The translations under genes and the position numbers were made by a program. Below are positions 55,572-64,000 of a stretch of 64,000 nucleotides of DNA, one piece after another; position 1 is the stretch's first letter, and every line of letters begins with the position of its first letter. The DNA is taken from NCBI GenBank assembly GCA_021789975.1, contig JAJYIT010000013.1:31864-95863 (forward strand), written 5' to 3'. Under the pieces are notes generated by a model, which did not search any database, was not told where the DNA came from, and saw only the letters and a program-made list of their open reading frames with translations. Source of the DNA: Bacteroidota bacterium. Lineage in GTDB: Bacteria; Bacteroidota; Ignavibacteria; Kryptoniales; JAKASW01.

Positions 55572-55865
55572 ATGCCGGCACTTTTTCTCCATACCTTTGC
55601 ACTGATCATTACCTTGTTAATCTTCGGCTATGTCGGCTACAAAGTATCGAAGAAGCTGAAGAGTGTGCTCTCTTTTGTCGCGTGGATATTGATGATCGCG
55701 ATAGCACTATATGCGGGAAACGCTTTGAACATCGGCATCCTTGTCGGCATCTTCCAATTCAAGATTTACATATCGACTTCGCTTACCGCACTCGGCTTAG
55801 GTATAATCGTCGGACTTGCGATGCAGGAAATACGCCGAAGGGCAAATGCCGGCGCAAAAGTATAG
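55572..55865 (+). CDS. Small integral membrane protein (3 TM)
   Basis: 97 aa with three hydrophobic helices. No recognised family. Confidence 0.45.
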   Translation: MPALFLHTFALIITLLIFGYVGYKVSKKLKSVLSFVAWILMIAIALYAGNALNIGILVGIFQFKIYISTSLTALGLGIIVGLAMQEIRRRANAGAKV

Positions 55866-55970
55866 GTGTGTGTTATCGAACCCACTTCAGTCATTCTGAG
55901 GTGAGGATAACTGCAGGGGCTGTTATTTTTCACGGGTATGGCACCAACGAGAATTGTCAACATGTCGCAC

Positions 55971-55999
55971 CTACGGAGCGATGTTCAAGTCCCGTAGGG
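55971..55999. terminator. 7-bp perfect stem-loop in a convergent intergenic region
   Basis: CCTACGG (55971-55977), 15-nt loop, CCGTAGG (55993-55999). It lies between the + gene ending at 55865 and the - gene ending at 56061. No U-tract. Confidence 0.2.
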
Positions 56000-56060
56000 A
56001 CGAAATGCTTGTAGAACTTCTTCTGTCGACAATCACAATGCCAAGGATTTATCGGCTACT

Positions 56061-58736
56061 TCATCTTACTTCCACTATCTCTCTCTTCACATTCCACCCG
56101 CTGATCGTGACAGCGGCATCGGTTAGATCGCTCGGATTCCCATAGTCGATATAAACCCTTTTCTCTCCGCCAGGCAGAACCGAGACATAGTTGTCGCTGT
56201 AGAAAACGGGAAGAATCCGTTTGTTAGTCACCGTGTCCAGAAGGGAGATGCGATTGAAGAACGCAAGCGGGCCGCCTGCCGGATTCTTTATCACAACCTC
56301 GATTCTGTCCGGTGCAACCTGCTCGGCGGTAGCCTCAATATTCGCTTGCGACATATGCTGGAGTCCTGAATAGTTGCCCGTCGAATCGGGGAACCAATAC
56401 AGGTTATCACTTATAACGGAGTCCTGATTTCTCAGGAGCCTGAGGTCGAGGAACCCGCCTTCTGCCTTGAAGAAGCGGTCGAGCACTCCCGCCGTCGGAA
56501 TCAGATTTTGTACGGTGGTCGGGCTGATATCCATGAACCACTGGGTAAGAAGTGAATCTTTTCCTCCTATTCCGATCACTCTGAGCTGGATCATAAGATC
56601 ATGGTACGACCTGAAAGTCTGGTTGACCACAGTCACCATTCCATCAACAGGATTGTACATGACGTGGAGCAGCTCGTCGGCGGCGCGCAGTCCGTAGAGA
56701 CATCCGTTCGGGTCGAGGTAGTAATCGTACATCTGCCCGCGAAGCGCGGTCCAGGGGTTCTGCGTTTTCCAGATGATGACTCCCGTGTACCAGTCCCACA
56801 TGTGTGCGAGATGGCCCTCGATCAGTCCACGGTACTGGTTGTAATTCACCAACTGTGCTGTTTTTGCCCACTTCTTCAAACTCGTCGGAATGCCGTACTT
56901 GTCTATGTGGTCGCCATATCCCTGGTACTCGTGATATCTCCATACAGAGTCGACCTGGCTCCAAACGGAATCGGGGATGACGAGATCTTTTGGCGGAATG
57001 AACCTTTCAAGCGATCGGTAATCTCCAATTCCAACCGAACCGACTTCCGTGTTGAAAGGGAAAGAGCGGTGTTTCCAGAAATATTCGATCGGCTGGATCT
57101 GGTAGGGCCCGTCGCCATTGCCGCCGATAAAATTGTACGACATGCTATCGACGTTCGAGTACTCGAAGAAATATCTCGTGCTGTCGAGGTCCGGCATGAG
57201 CGAGTCCTGCATCGCGTGAAGGATGTCTATCGGAGGAGTGATCTCGTTTCCACCTAAGTAGAAGGCGAGTGACGGATAATTTCTGAGCATCCTGACCTGG
57301 TCGGCCACAGATTCGAGGAAGAGCTTGTGATTGTCCGGATACTTGCGCCGGATCCACTGGTTTTGTTTTTTCATCGGATCGAACCACTTTCCGTTGCAGT
57401 CACCGGTGATCCAGAATTCCTGCATGACCAGCAGCCCGTATTTGTCGCACTCTCTGTAGAAATCCGGCCTTTCAGTAATTCCACCTCCCCAAACGCGGAG
57501 GAGGTTCAGTCCCATTTCATGTTGAAAACGTATCTCGGCATTGTATCTCTCTTTTGAAAACCGAAGCATCTCGTCCGAATCGATCCAGTCCCCACCTCTG
57601 ATGAAAATCTTCTGACCGTTGACGAAAACCATCCGGCTCTTTGTGTGGTCATCCCACTTTGTCTCGATCTGACGAATGCCGGTGGTGATTTCCTTGTCAT
57701 CGAGAATTTTTCCGCCATCCGTGACGAATTGGAAATCGACATTGTAGAGCGACTGCTGACCGTATCCGTTTGGCCACCAGAGTCTTGGATTGTTCATAAC
57801 GTAATCGGGGAGCTGGACTTTTTCGTTAGACCGGGGTCCGATCTCGACTTTACGTCTCACTATCGTACTGTCAATGATGTATTGCACCGTACCATTTAGT
57901 GTGTTGTCTGTGGGGTTATCGACATTGACACTTGCTTTTATGATCGCTGGTGCCTGCGGTTCATCCGGATATCTCTTTCCAGTTACTATTGTGACGAGGT
58001 GAGGATATTTGAGATAGACCGTGTTCGTTCTGACGATCTCGACTCTGTCCCATATCCCGGTGTTGCGGTCAGGGATGGGCCTGATCCAATCCCAGCCGGC
58101 AGCATACTGGTTCGTGACGCTGTGAGCAATCGTACCATCACCGCCTTGCCCGCCGTTGCCGTTCCCGGGAGGGTTCGGAGGATATACGATTACCGCAAGC
58201 CGGTTATTGCCGTTCTTTGAAAGGAATGAAGTGATGTTGTAAGTCTGACGGAGGAACATTCCGTAGTGAGTCTTTTTGTTCAGCTTGTGACCGTTAAGAT
58301 AAAGATCGCATCCGTAGTTCACTCCTCTCAGTTTGAGCCACACCTGATCTTTTGCCACCGGAGGCGTCTCATGAAAATCCTTAATGAACCAGTAGGTGTA
58401 GTAGTCCACGCCGGTGTCAAATATGTCCGGGATTTTTTTGTTGTTCATGCCGTAGAAAGGGTCCGGCACCAGTTTATCGTTAAGCATAGTTGTCAATACA
58501 GTCCCCGGAACTGTGGCAGGGAGCCAGCCGGTCAGTGAATAACCCGGCGTGGAGAGTTCTTCGCCAGTGGCCTGCACTTTCTTGATGTTCTGGCACACCC
58601 ACCCGGAGTCAAGCAGGAATCGAGTGCGTGGACGCGTCTGTTCAGCTTCCTGCAGTGTGATATAAGATGGTACACAGCCGGATAGGGCTGAAGCAATGAT
58701 CATGACGATTATGACTGCCGGTATTCTCTTGTACAT
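56061..58736 (-). CDS. Glycoside hydrolase family 2 lipoprotein (beta-mannosidase / exo-beta-D-glucosaminidase-like)
   Basis: ATG at 58736 gives the lipobox signal MYKRIPAVIIVMIIASALSGC. WLPATVPGTVLTTMLNDKLVPDPFYGMNN is a GH2 N-terminal sugar-binding pattern. YLGGNE and WITGD motifs. Confidence 0.8.
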   Translation of the reverse strand: MYKRIPAVIIVMIIASALSGCVPSYITLQEAEQTRPRTRFLLDSGWVCQNIKKVQATGEELSTPGYSLTGWLPATVPGTVLTTMLNDKLVPDPFYGMNNKKIPDIFDTGVDYYTYWFIKDFHETPPVAKDQVWLKLRGVNYGCDLYLNGHKLNKKTHYGMFLRQTYNITSFLSKNGNNRLAVIVYPPNPPGNGNGGQGGDGTIAHSVTNQYAAGWDWIRPIPDRNTGIWDRVEIVRTNTVYLKYPHLVTIVTGKRYPDEPQAPAIIKASVNVDNPTDNTLNGTVQYIIDSTIVRRKVEIGPRSNEKVQLPDYVMNNPRLWWPNGYGQQSLYNVDFQFVTDGGKILDDKEITTGIRQIETKWDDHTKSRMVFVNGQKIFIRGGDWIDSDEMLRFSKERYNAEIRFQHEMGLNLLRVWGGGITERPDFYRECDKYGLLVMQEFWITGDCNGKWFDPMKKQNQWIRRKYPDNHKLFLESVADQVRMLRNYPSLAFYLGGNEITPPIDILHAMQDSLMPDLDSTRYFFEYSNVDSMSYNFIGGNGDGPYQIQPIEYFWKHRSFPFNTEVGSVGIGDYRSLERFIPPKDLVIPDSVWSQVDSVWRYHEYQGYGDHIDKYGIPTSLKKWAKTAQLVNYNQYRGLIEGHLAHMWDWYTGVIIWKTQNPWTALRGQMYDYYLDPNGCLYGLRAADELLHVMYNPVDGMVTVVNQTFRSYHDLMIQLRVIGIGGKDSLLTQWFMDISPTTVQNLIPTAGVLDRFFKAEGGFLDLRLLRNQDSVISDNLYWFPDSTGNYSGLQHMSQANIEATAEQVAPDRIEVVIKNPAGGPLAFFNRISLLDTVTNKRILPVFYSDNYVSVLPGGEKRVYIDYGNPSDLTDAAVTISGWNVKREIVEVR

Positions 58737-59024
58737 GTCCCGCGATTCCTTATTTTGGGTTTTACGACTTTGCAACAGAACGAAGTTAGGACATTGCAGG
58801 TGAATCCACAAATTTCCAAATGTTGTCGCCTAACGATGGCAAACACTCAAGTCGCTTTTCAAAAGATTGCCCGACTGGACATCCGAGCACCTATAAGTGG
58901 GGCGCAGTCGTCGTACTTTCGCGGAGCGACGACGACAAGACATATTGGCCGCAATTCTTTATATTGGTTTTAATGAAACCAACGAACCGGAAACCAGCTC
59001 CCACGAAATTATGAAGGAGGCAGC

Positions 59025-61070
59025 TTGAAAGAAATTCTACTTACCATCATCGCCTTGTATTGGAGTTTCACCAGTCCGTCTGCTTTTGCCCAGGGTACGA
59101 TCACGCGCCCCCCCGCCATACCGCTCATGACCGCCGATCCATACTTCAGCGTCTGGTCGTTCGCCGGCAATCCGGCCAACGATTACACCCGACACTGGAC
59201 AGGAAAGACGATCGGAATGTGTCTCATGATAAAGATAGACGGCAAGACATATCGTGTCGTCGGCAAGAACGAGAACTCGCTGCCCGCGCTGGCCTTAAAG
59301 CAGACAACCGTCAATCCAACTCAGACAATTTATGTTTTCGACGACGCAGGCATTGAACTCAGGCTGATCTTCACGACGCCTCTCCTCCCGGATTCGCTCG
59401 ATCTCATTTCGGAAGACGCTTCTTACATAACGTGGCAAGTGCATTCCACCGACAACATGGAACACCAGGTCTCCTTGTACTTCGATGGCGATGCAGAGTT
59501 TTGTGTGGATAACCCGAACCGCCGCGTCGAGTGGGGAAGACTGGATCTTCCAGGCATAGAGGTAATGAAAATGGGTGCACAAAGACAGGATGTCCTCGGC
59601 GAAACCGGCGACAGAGTGAAAATCAACTGGGGTTATGTTTATTATTGTTCCCCGACCGATCAGCATCCTGAAAGCGCAATCGTCCCGGCCGACGAGGCGA
59701 GAGAATCGTTCATGAACGACGGCAAACTCCCGGCAGCCGACGACTTTGACATGCCGGTCCAAGCAGACGATGGATGGCCAGTATGCTCTTATGTGCTCAA
59801 TCTAAGGAATGTCGGTTCGCAGCCGGTTGAGAGATTCATGCTGGTTGCGTACGATGAAATATATTCGATAGAATTTTTCCACAGGGAACTCGCTGCATAT
59901 TGGAAAAGGAAGGGCGCGACAATCAGCGATTTGATCAGAGACCGAATTGCGGATTACGGGCCACTGATGTCAGAATGTAAGAGCTTTGATAGTCGTCTCG
60001 TGTCAGCCGCTGCCGCGAAAGGTGGGAAGGATTACGCTTCGCTGTGTGCGCTTGCTTATCGCCAGACTTTCGCCGCGACTAAACTCGTTGCGAATGTCGA
60101 TGACAAGCCGATGCTCTTCACAAAAGAAAACTCCAGCAACGGATGTATCGCGACGGTGGATGTGATTTACCCGACGGCACCATTCTTCATTTACTTGAAC
60201 AACGATTTGGTGAAGGCTCTTCTTCGACCGGTGTTCGAGTATTCCGAAATGCCGAGGTGGAAGTTCCCGTTCGCTCCGCATGACCTCGGAACGTATCCGA
60301 AAGCGAATGGACAGGTTTACGGCGGAGGTGAAAAGAGTGAAGTAGACCAGATGCCTGTCGAAGAGTCCGGTAATATGATCATACTTACCTATGCAGTGTG
60401 CCGTGCGGACCATAACGCTTCGTTCGCTGAGAATTACTGGAGCAGTCTGCAAAAGTGGGCTGACTACCTGAAGAAGGAAGGCCTCGATCCGGCAAATCAG
60501 CTCTGCACCGACGATTTCACGGGTCACCTGGCGCACAACGCCAATCTCTCCGTCAAGGCCATCGTCGCGCTCGGATGTTTCTCGAAGATTTGCGAGATGG
60601 CAGGAAAGCCTGAGGAAGCAAGAACCTTTGGTGAATTGGCGAAGGAGTACGCGAAGAAGTGGGCCGTGATGGATCTTGACGGGGATCATTATAAACTTGC
60701 GTTCGATAAGCCTGGCACATGGAGCATGAAGTACAACATGGTCTGGGACAAAATTTTCAAACTGGATCTCTTCTCCCCGGATGTTTACAGAACGGAACTG
60801 GCTTACTACAAAACGAAGCTGAATGAATATGGCTTGCCCCTAGACTCGCGAGCAACTTTCACGAAGCCGGAGTGGGAGACTTGGGTCGCAACGATGTATC
60901 CCGACAGAGCCGATTTTGAATTGTATATGCACAAGATGGTGGAATACTTGGACAATACTCCCGACAGGGTTCCGTTCAGCGATTTGTACGACACGAAAAC
61001 TGCGAAGCAGGTTTTGTTCCAGGCCCGGAGCGTCGTCGGGGGGATATTCATGAAAATGCTCGAAAAGTGA
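59025..61070 (+). CDS. DUF5127/DUF4965/DUF1793 glutaminase-A-like glycosidase-fold protein
   Basis: TTG start 5 nt after AGGAGG, with a signal peptide. RPPAIPLMTADPYFSVWSFAGNPANDYTRHWTGK and KYNMVWDKIFKLDLF are typical of this family (from memory). Confidence 0.7.
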   Translation: MKEILLTIIALYWSFTSPSAFAQGTITRPPAIPLMTADPYFSVWSFAGNPANDYTRHWTGKTIGMCLMIKIDGKTYRVVGKNENSLPALALKQTTVNPTQTIYVFDDAGIELRLIFTTPLLPDSLDLISEDASYITWQVHSTDNMEHQVSLYFDGDAEFCVDNPNRRVEWGRLDLPGIEVMKMGAQRQDVLGETGDRVKINWGYVYYCSPTDQHPESAIVPADEARESFMNDGKLPAADDFDMPVQADDGWPVCSYVLNLRNVGSQPVERFMLVAYDEIYSIEFFHRELAAYWKRKGATISDLIRDRIADYGPLMSECKSFDSRLVSAAAAKGGKDYASLCALAYRQTFAATKLVANVDDKPMLFTKENSSNGCIATVDVIYPTAPFFIYLNNDLVKALLRPVFEYSEMPRWKFPFAPHDLGTYPKANGQVYGGGEKSEVDQMPVEESGNMIILTYAVCRADHNASFAENYWSSLQKWADYLKKEGLDPANQLCTDDFTGHLAHNANLSVKAIVALGCFSKICEMAGKPEEARTFGELAKEYAKKWAVMDLDGDHYKLAFDKPGTWSMKYNMVWDKIFKLDLFSPDVYRTELAYYKTKLNEYGLPLDSRATFTKPEWETWVATMYPDRADFELYMHKMVEYLDNTPDRVPFSDLYDTKTAKQVLFQARSVVGGIFMKMLEK

Positions 61071-61080
61071 GGAACACGAA

Positions 61081-63510
61081 ATGATCATGCCCGTGACTTG
61101 CCCGAATGGTATCACAGAGTCGCATAGAGTGGTTCACAGAGTTGCACCAAGTGGGAATTGCTTGTGTAACTCTGTGCGTACTTTTGCGACTGAGGCGCAT
61201 CAGCCTCCGGATGAGCGGGAATCTGCGTCGCATTTCTTTTCTTGGGGGCATCGAAACCTGCGATTGTTTGCGAGGGCAGTCGTGCTGATCCTGCTTATGT
61301 CCACCGCAAATATCTTTGCCCAGTCCGCAAAGGAGCCGGTCGACTACGTCCATCCCTCTATCGGCGGCGTAAGCATACTCCTCACAACCACGCGACCGAT
61401 AGTTGCTCTCCCGCATGGCTATCCTCAAGTGACGCCGGTACTTAATCCGGGGATCACCGATTCGTATTTGGCCACGAAGATATACGGCTTTCCCGCAGGG
61501 GGAGTGACGATCATGCCAGACACCGGCGATATCGAGACTGACCCGAACAGGATAGCCTCCGATTTTGACCGCGACTTCGAGATTCGTACTCCGTATTATG
61601 AACAGGATTTGCTCGAAGATTACAGCATAGAAGCGTCTTACACTGCCGGACACTTTGCGATCTTTTACCGCTTCGACTTCCCGTCGGCAATTCAAAAGCA
61701 TGTGAATGTTATGATGGACGACAGCGGATGGGTGGAAGTTGTTTCTCAAAATGTCGTGCAGGGGCACACTATGATTCACGATGTTCCATATTATTTCTAT
61801 CTCGACTTCTCAAAGCCAATCACCAGCGTATCATCATGGAAGTACGGTGGAGCGCCGGGGAATGAGCGTCGTCTTGAAGGTGAGAGAAATGGATTCAGCT
61901 TAGGATTCTCCGGAACCGGGAAAGAGGTGGTGCAGGTGAAAGTCGGGTTGTCGTTCATCAGTCTCGACCAGGCTAAGAAGAACTTGAGCGAAGCTGTCCA
62001 CGGGTGGGATTTTGATGGAATGAAGAATCGTACAAAGGCTGCTTGGAACAGTCTGCTCGGGAAGATCGATATACGGGGCGGAACTGAGAAACAGAAAGTC
62101 ATATTCTACACCTCGTTGTATCGCGCGGAGCAAAATATGTACGACATAACAGAGGACGGCAGGTACTACAGCGGGTTCGACAGGAAAGTCCACGATAGTT
62201 ATGGCAGAGACTTCTACACACACGACCAGATGTGGGATACATTCCGCTGTGAACATCCGCTCCAGCTTCTTCTCGACCCGAAACAGCAGGAAGACATGAT
62301 TGAGTCGTTGGTGCGAATGTACGAGCAATCCGGCTGGCTCCCGTCATTCCCTCGATTGTGGGGTGAGTTTGCAGCGATGATTGGAGACCATGCGGATGAA
62401 GTGATCGCCGATGCTTACTTCAAAGGGTATCGGAACTTCGATGTGGAGAAAGCTTACGAAGCGATGAAAAAGGAAGCGCTTGAAGGAACGATGATCCCGT
62501 GGCGAAGAGGGCCGATGACCGATTTGGGAAGAGTCTATTTGGAGAAAGGCTTCTTCCCTGCATTGAAGGAAGGTGAGAAAGAGACCAATCCTGAAGTCCA
62601 TGGATTCGAAAGACGGCAGGCGGTATCTGTAACTCTCGAAGCTTCTTACGACGATTGGTGTGTCGCCCAGATGGCGAAGGCGCTCGGGCATAATGCCGAC
62701 TATGAGCGGTTCATTAAGATGGCATACAACTACAAAAATGTTTTCGATAAATCTATCGGGTTCATGGCGCCAAAGTCTGCAGATGGAAAGTGGGTGGCGG
62801 GGTTCAACCCGACTCTTCCGAGCGGAGTAGGCGGCCGCGATTATTTTGCCGAGATGAATGCCTGGGTGTGGACCTTCAATGTGCCGCAGGATATTCAGGG
62901 ACTCATCGATCTATTCGGCGGAAGAAAACCCTTCCTTGAAAAGCTGGACTCCGTCTTCGAAGCGACCTATGGCGGGTGGTCAAAGTGGTCTTTTCTGGGG
63001 AAGTTTCCCGACATGACCGGACTCATTGGTGATTACGCTCAAGGAAATGAGCCGAGTTTTGACGTGGCTTATACCTACGACTTCGCGGGTGAGCCATGGA
63101 AGACTCAGAAAATGATCCGTGAAATAATGGAAGTGTGGTATGGCGATGTACCCCTTGGCATCCCCGGTGATGACGACATGGGTGCGATGGGAGCATGGTA
63201 CGTCTTCTCCGCGATGGGGTTCTATCCGTTTTGTCCCGGCAATCCGTATTACGTTATCGGCAGTCCGGTATTCCGCGAGACCTCAATCCATCTTCAGAAT
63301 GGAAAGACGTTCACTATCAAAGCCGAAGGTGTATCAGTGCGGCACAAGTATATACAGTCTGCGAAGTTAAACAGAAGGCCGCTTGACAAACCGTGGTTTA
63401 CACAAAGCGAAATCGCAAATGGTGGTACACTCGTGCTTCGGATGGGACCGAGACCGAATAGGCAGTGGGGGAGCGCGGTCGGTGATGCGCCTCCGTCGAT
63501 GAGCAAGTAG
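61081..63510 (+). CDS. Glycoside hydrolase family 92 alpha-mannosidase
   Basis: GNEPSFDVAYTYDFAGEPWKTQ, DDMGAMGAWYVFSAMGFYP and other GH92 motifs. The signal peptide (FARAVVLILLMSTANIFAQS) begins only at about aa 62, so the true start is probably TTG 61264 rather than ATG 61081. Confidence 0.9.
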   Translation: MIMPVTCPNGITESHRVVHRVAPSGNCLCNSVRTFATEAHQPPDERESASHFFSWGHRNLRLFARAVVLILLMSTANIFAQSAKEPVDYVHPSIGGVSILLTTTRPIVALPHGYPQVTPVLNPGITDSYLATKIYGFPAGGVTIMPDTGDIETDPNRIASDFDRDFEIRTPYYEQDLLEDYSIEASYTAGHFAIFYRFDFPSAIQKHVNVMMDDSGWVEVVSQNVVQGHTMIHDVPYYFYLDFSKPITSVSSWKYGGAPGNERRLEGERNGFSLGFSGTGKEVVQVKVGLSFISLDQAKKNLSEAVHGWDFDGMKNRTKAAWNSLLGKIDIRGGTEKQKVIFYTSLYRAEQNMYDITEDGRYYSGFDRKVHDSYGRDFYTHDQMWDTFRCEHPLQLLLDPKQQEDMIESLVRMYEQSGWLPSFPRLWGEFAAMIGDHADEVIADAYFKGYRNFDVEKAYEAMKKEALEGTMIPWRRGPMTDLGRVYLEKGFFPALKEGEKETNPEVHGFERRQAVSVTLEASYDDWCVAQMAKALGHNADYERFIKMAYNYKNVFDKSIGFMAPKSADGKWVAGFNPTLPSGVGGRDYFAEMNAWVWTFNVPQDIQGLIDLFGGRKPFLEKLDSVFEATYGGWSKWSFLGKFPDMTGLIGDYAQGNEPSFDVAYTYDFAGEPWKTQKMIREIMEVWYGDVPLGIPGDDDMGAMGAWYVFSAMGFYPFCPGNPYYVIGSPVFRETSIHLQNGKTFTIKAEGVSVRHKYIQSAKLNRRPLDKPWFTQSEIANGGTLVLRMGPRPNRQWGSAVGDAPPSMSK

Positions 63511-63724
63511 AAGAAGAGCAGCAGAAACGGAGAGACGCAAAGGAGGATTGTCAGATCCGAGGGGTCGCTTCGGGACGGACCCTGCTGGGGAGAAAATTCC
63601 TCGTCATTGCGGCCATGGCGTCGTCGCCAGCAAATGATCGTGAGACCGACCTGCCATGCTGCTGGAGGTAGTTGGCGGGTCAGTTGTCAATCAAGACACA
63701 TGGAAGTCAATTTCCAGAAGGGAT

Positions 63725-63758
63725 CTCCCCCAAATGCTATGGCATTTTTTGGGGGGAG
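63725..63758 (+). terminator. Imperfect 11-12-bp hairpin downstream of GH92
   Basis: CTCCCCCAAATGC / GCATTT(TTT)GGGGGGAG with loop TATG, about 215 nt after the stop. The function is uncertain. Confidence 0.2.
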
Positions 63759-64000
63759 GGCCATCGCTGCAAAATGAGTTACCCGGGAATCGCAAAAGAA
63801 TGGAAGTGGACAGGGGCGGAATCTGCGCCGAAGGTGCATGAGCCTACGGCTCAGAACCGCCGACGCAGGGATTGTCAGACTGATTCATACACCCCTGATC
63901 TGCAAAACTTGAGCGGATACGCCTTTTTTGGCAATACTTATGCGTATATTTGCGTAGTTTTAAGGCCTTTCTCAACCAAATTTTGTTTGTTTTTGTCAAG

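Noticed and set aside
55981-55999. GTTCAAGTCC, a T-loop-like sequence, considered as a tRNA fragment at the right edge of the putative island.
   Set aside because: The flanking inverted repeat (CCTACGG/CCGTAGG) encloses a 15-nt loop rather than a 7-nt T-loop, and no cloverleaf can be drawn. It is reported only as a generic hairpin.
61081-61263. A 61-aa N-terminal extension of GH92 from ATG 61081 (with a GAGGAA upstream), considered as a real pro-region.
   Set aside because: The extension precedes rather than follows the signal peptide, is Cys/His/Arg-rich and has no homology signal. The start at TTG 61264 is more plausible, but I left the ORF-track coordinates and flagged the ambiguity.

Overview
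This 64-kb segment reads like chromosome from an FCB-group bacterium, probably Ignavibacteria/Bacteroidota-like. That placement is an inference from eight TIGR04183-type T9SS C-terminal sorting domains (..[18 protein letters not shown]), a CarboxypepD_reg-type TonB-dependent receptor and a PorV/PorQ-like outer-membrane protein. Coding density is high and mostly on the + strand.

Blocks:
- (1) 1-4.8 kb: GH15 glucoamylase (5' truncated by the window edge) plus the oxidative pentose-phosphate operon gnd-zwf-pgl.
- (2) 4.9-22.4 kb: a glycan/amino-sugar utilisation locus with a ROK regulator. It holds an SSF symporter, a CBM9-like protein, a triple-CBM-like T9SS cargo, a TonB receptor with partner protein and PorV-like OMP, a GH20-like enzyme, a NagA-like enzyme and NagB.
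- (3) 22.5-23.5 kb: two coupled zinc-ribbon/DUF2007 genes.
- (4) 23.7-34 kb: an array of T9SS cargo genes that share a near-identical CTD-coding module. It includes an orphan CTD remnant and a 13-repeat Asp-box propeller gene broken by one in-frame TAG.
- (5) 34-40.5 kb: miscellaneous genes (DUF3108-like, Pro-rich lipoprotein, SemiSWEET, PaiB, TlpA-like redoxin).
- (6) 40.5-56 kb: a probable accessory island. It contains a decayed PIN-like toxin with small chained ORFs and a giant 1992-aa protein (transglutaminase-like N-terminus, DUF4011, Upf1-like SF1 helicase, DUF559/MTES_1575-type nuclease, DUF3320). Behind these is a run of orphan membrane or immunity-type genes (SdpI-like, CPBP protease, HExxH protein).
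- (7) 56-63.5 kb: GH2, DUF4965/glutaminase-A-like and GH92 glycosidases.

I recognised no rRNA, tRNA, CRISPR array, transposase or integrase. The most interesting candidate is the giant helicase-nuclease at 42140-48118 and its degraded toxin-antitoxin neighbourhood. All family assignments come from motif recognition by eye and no searches were run.
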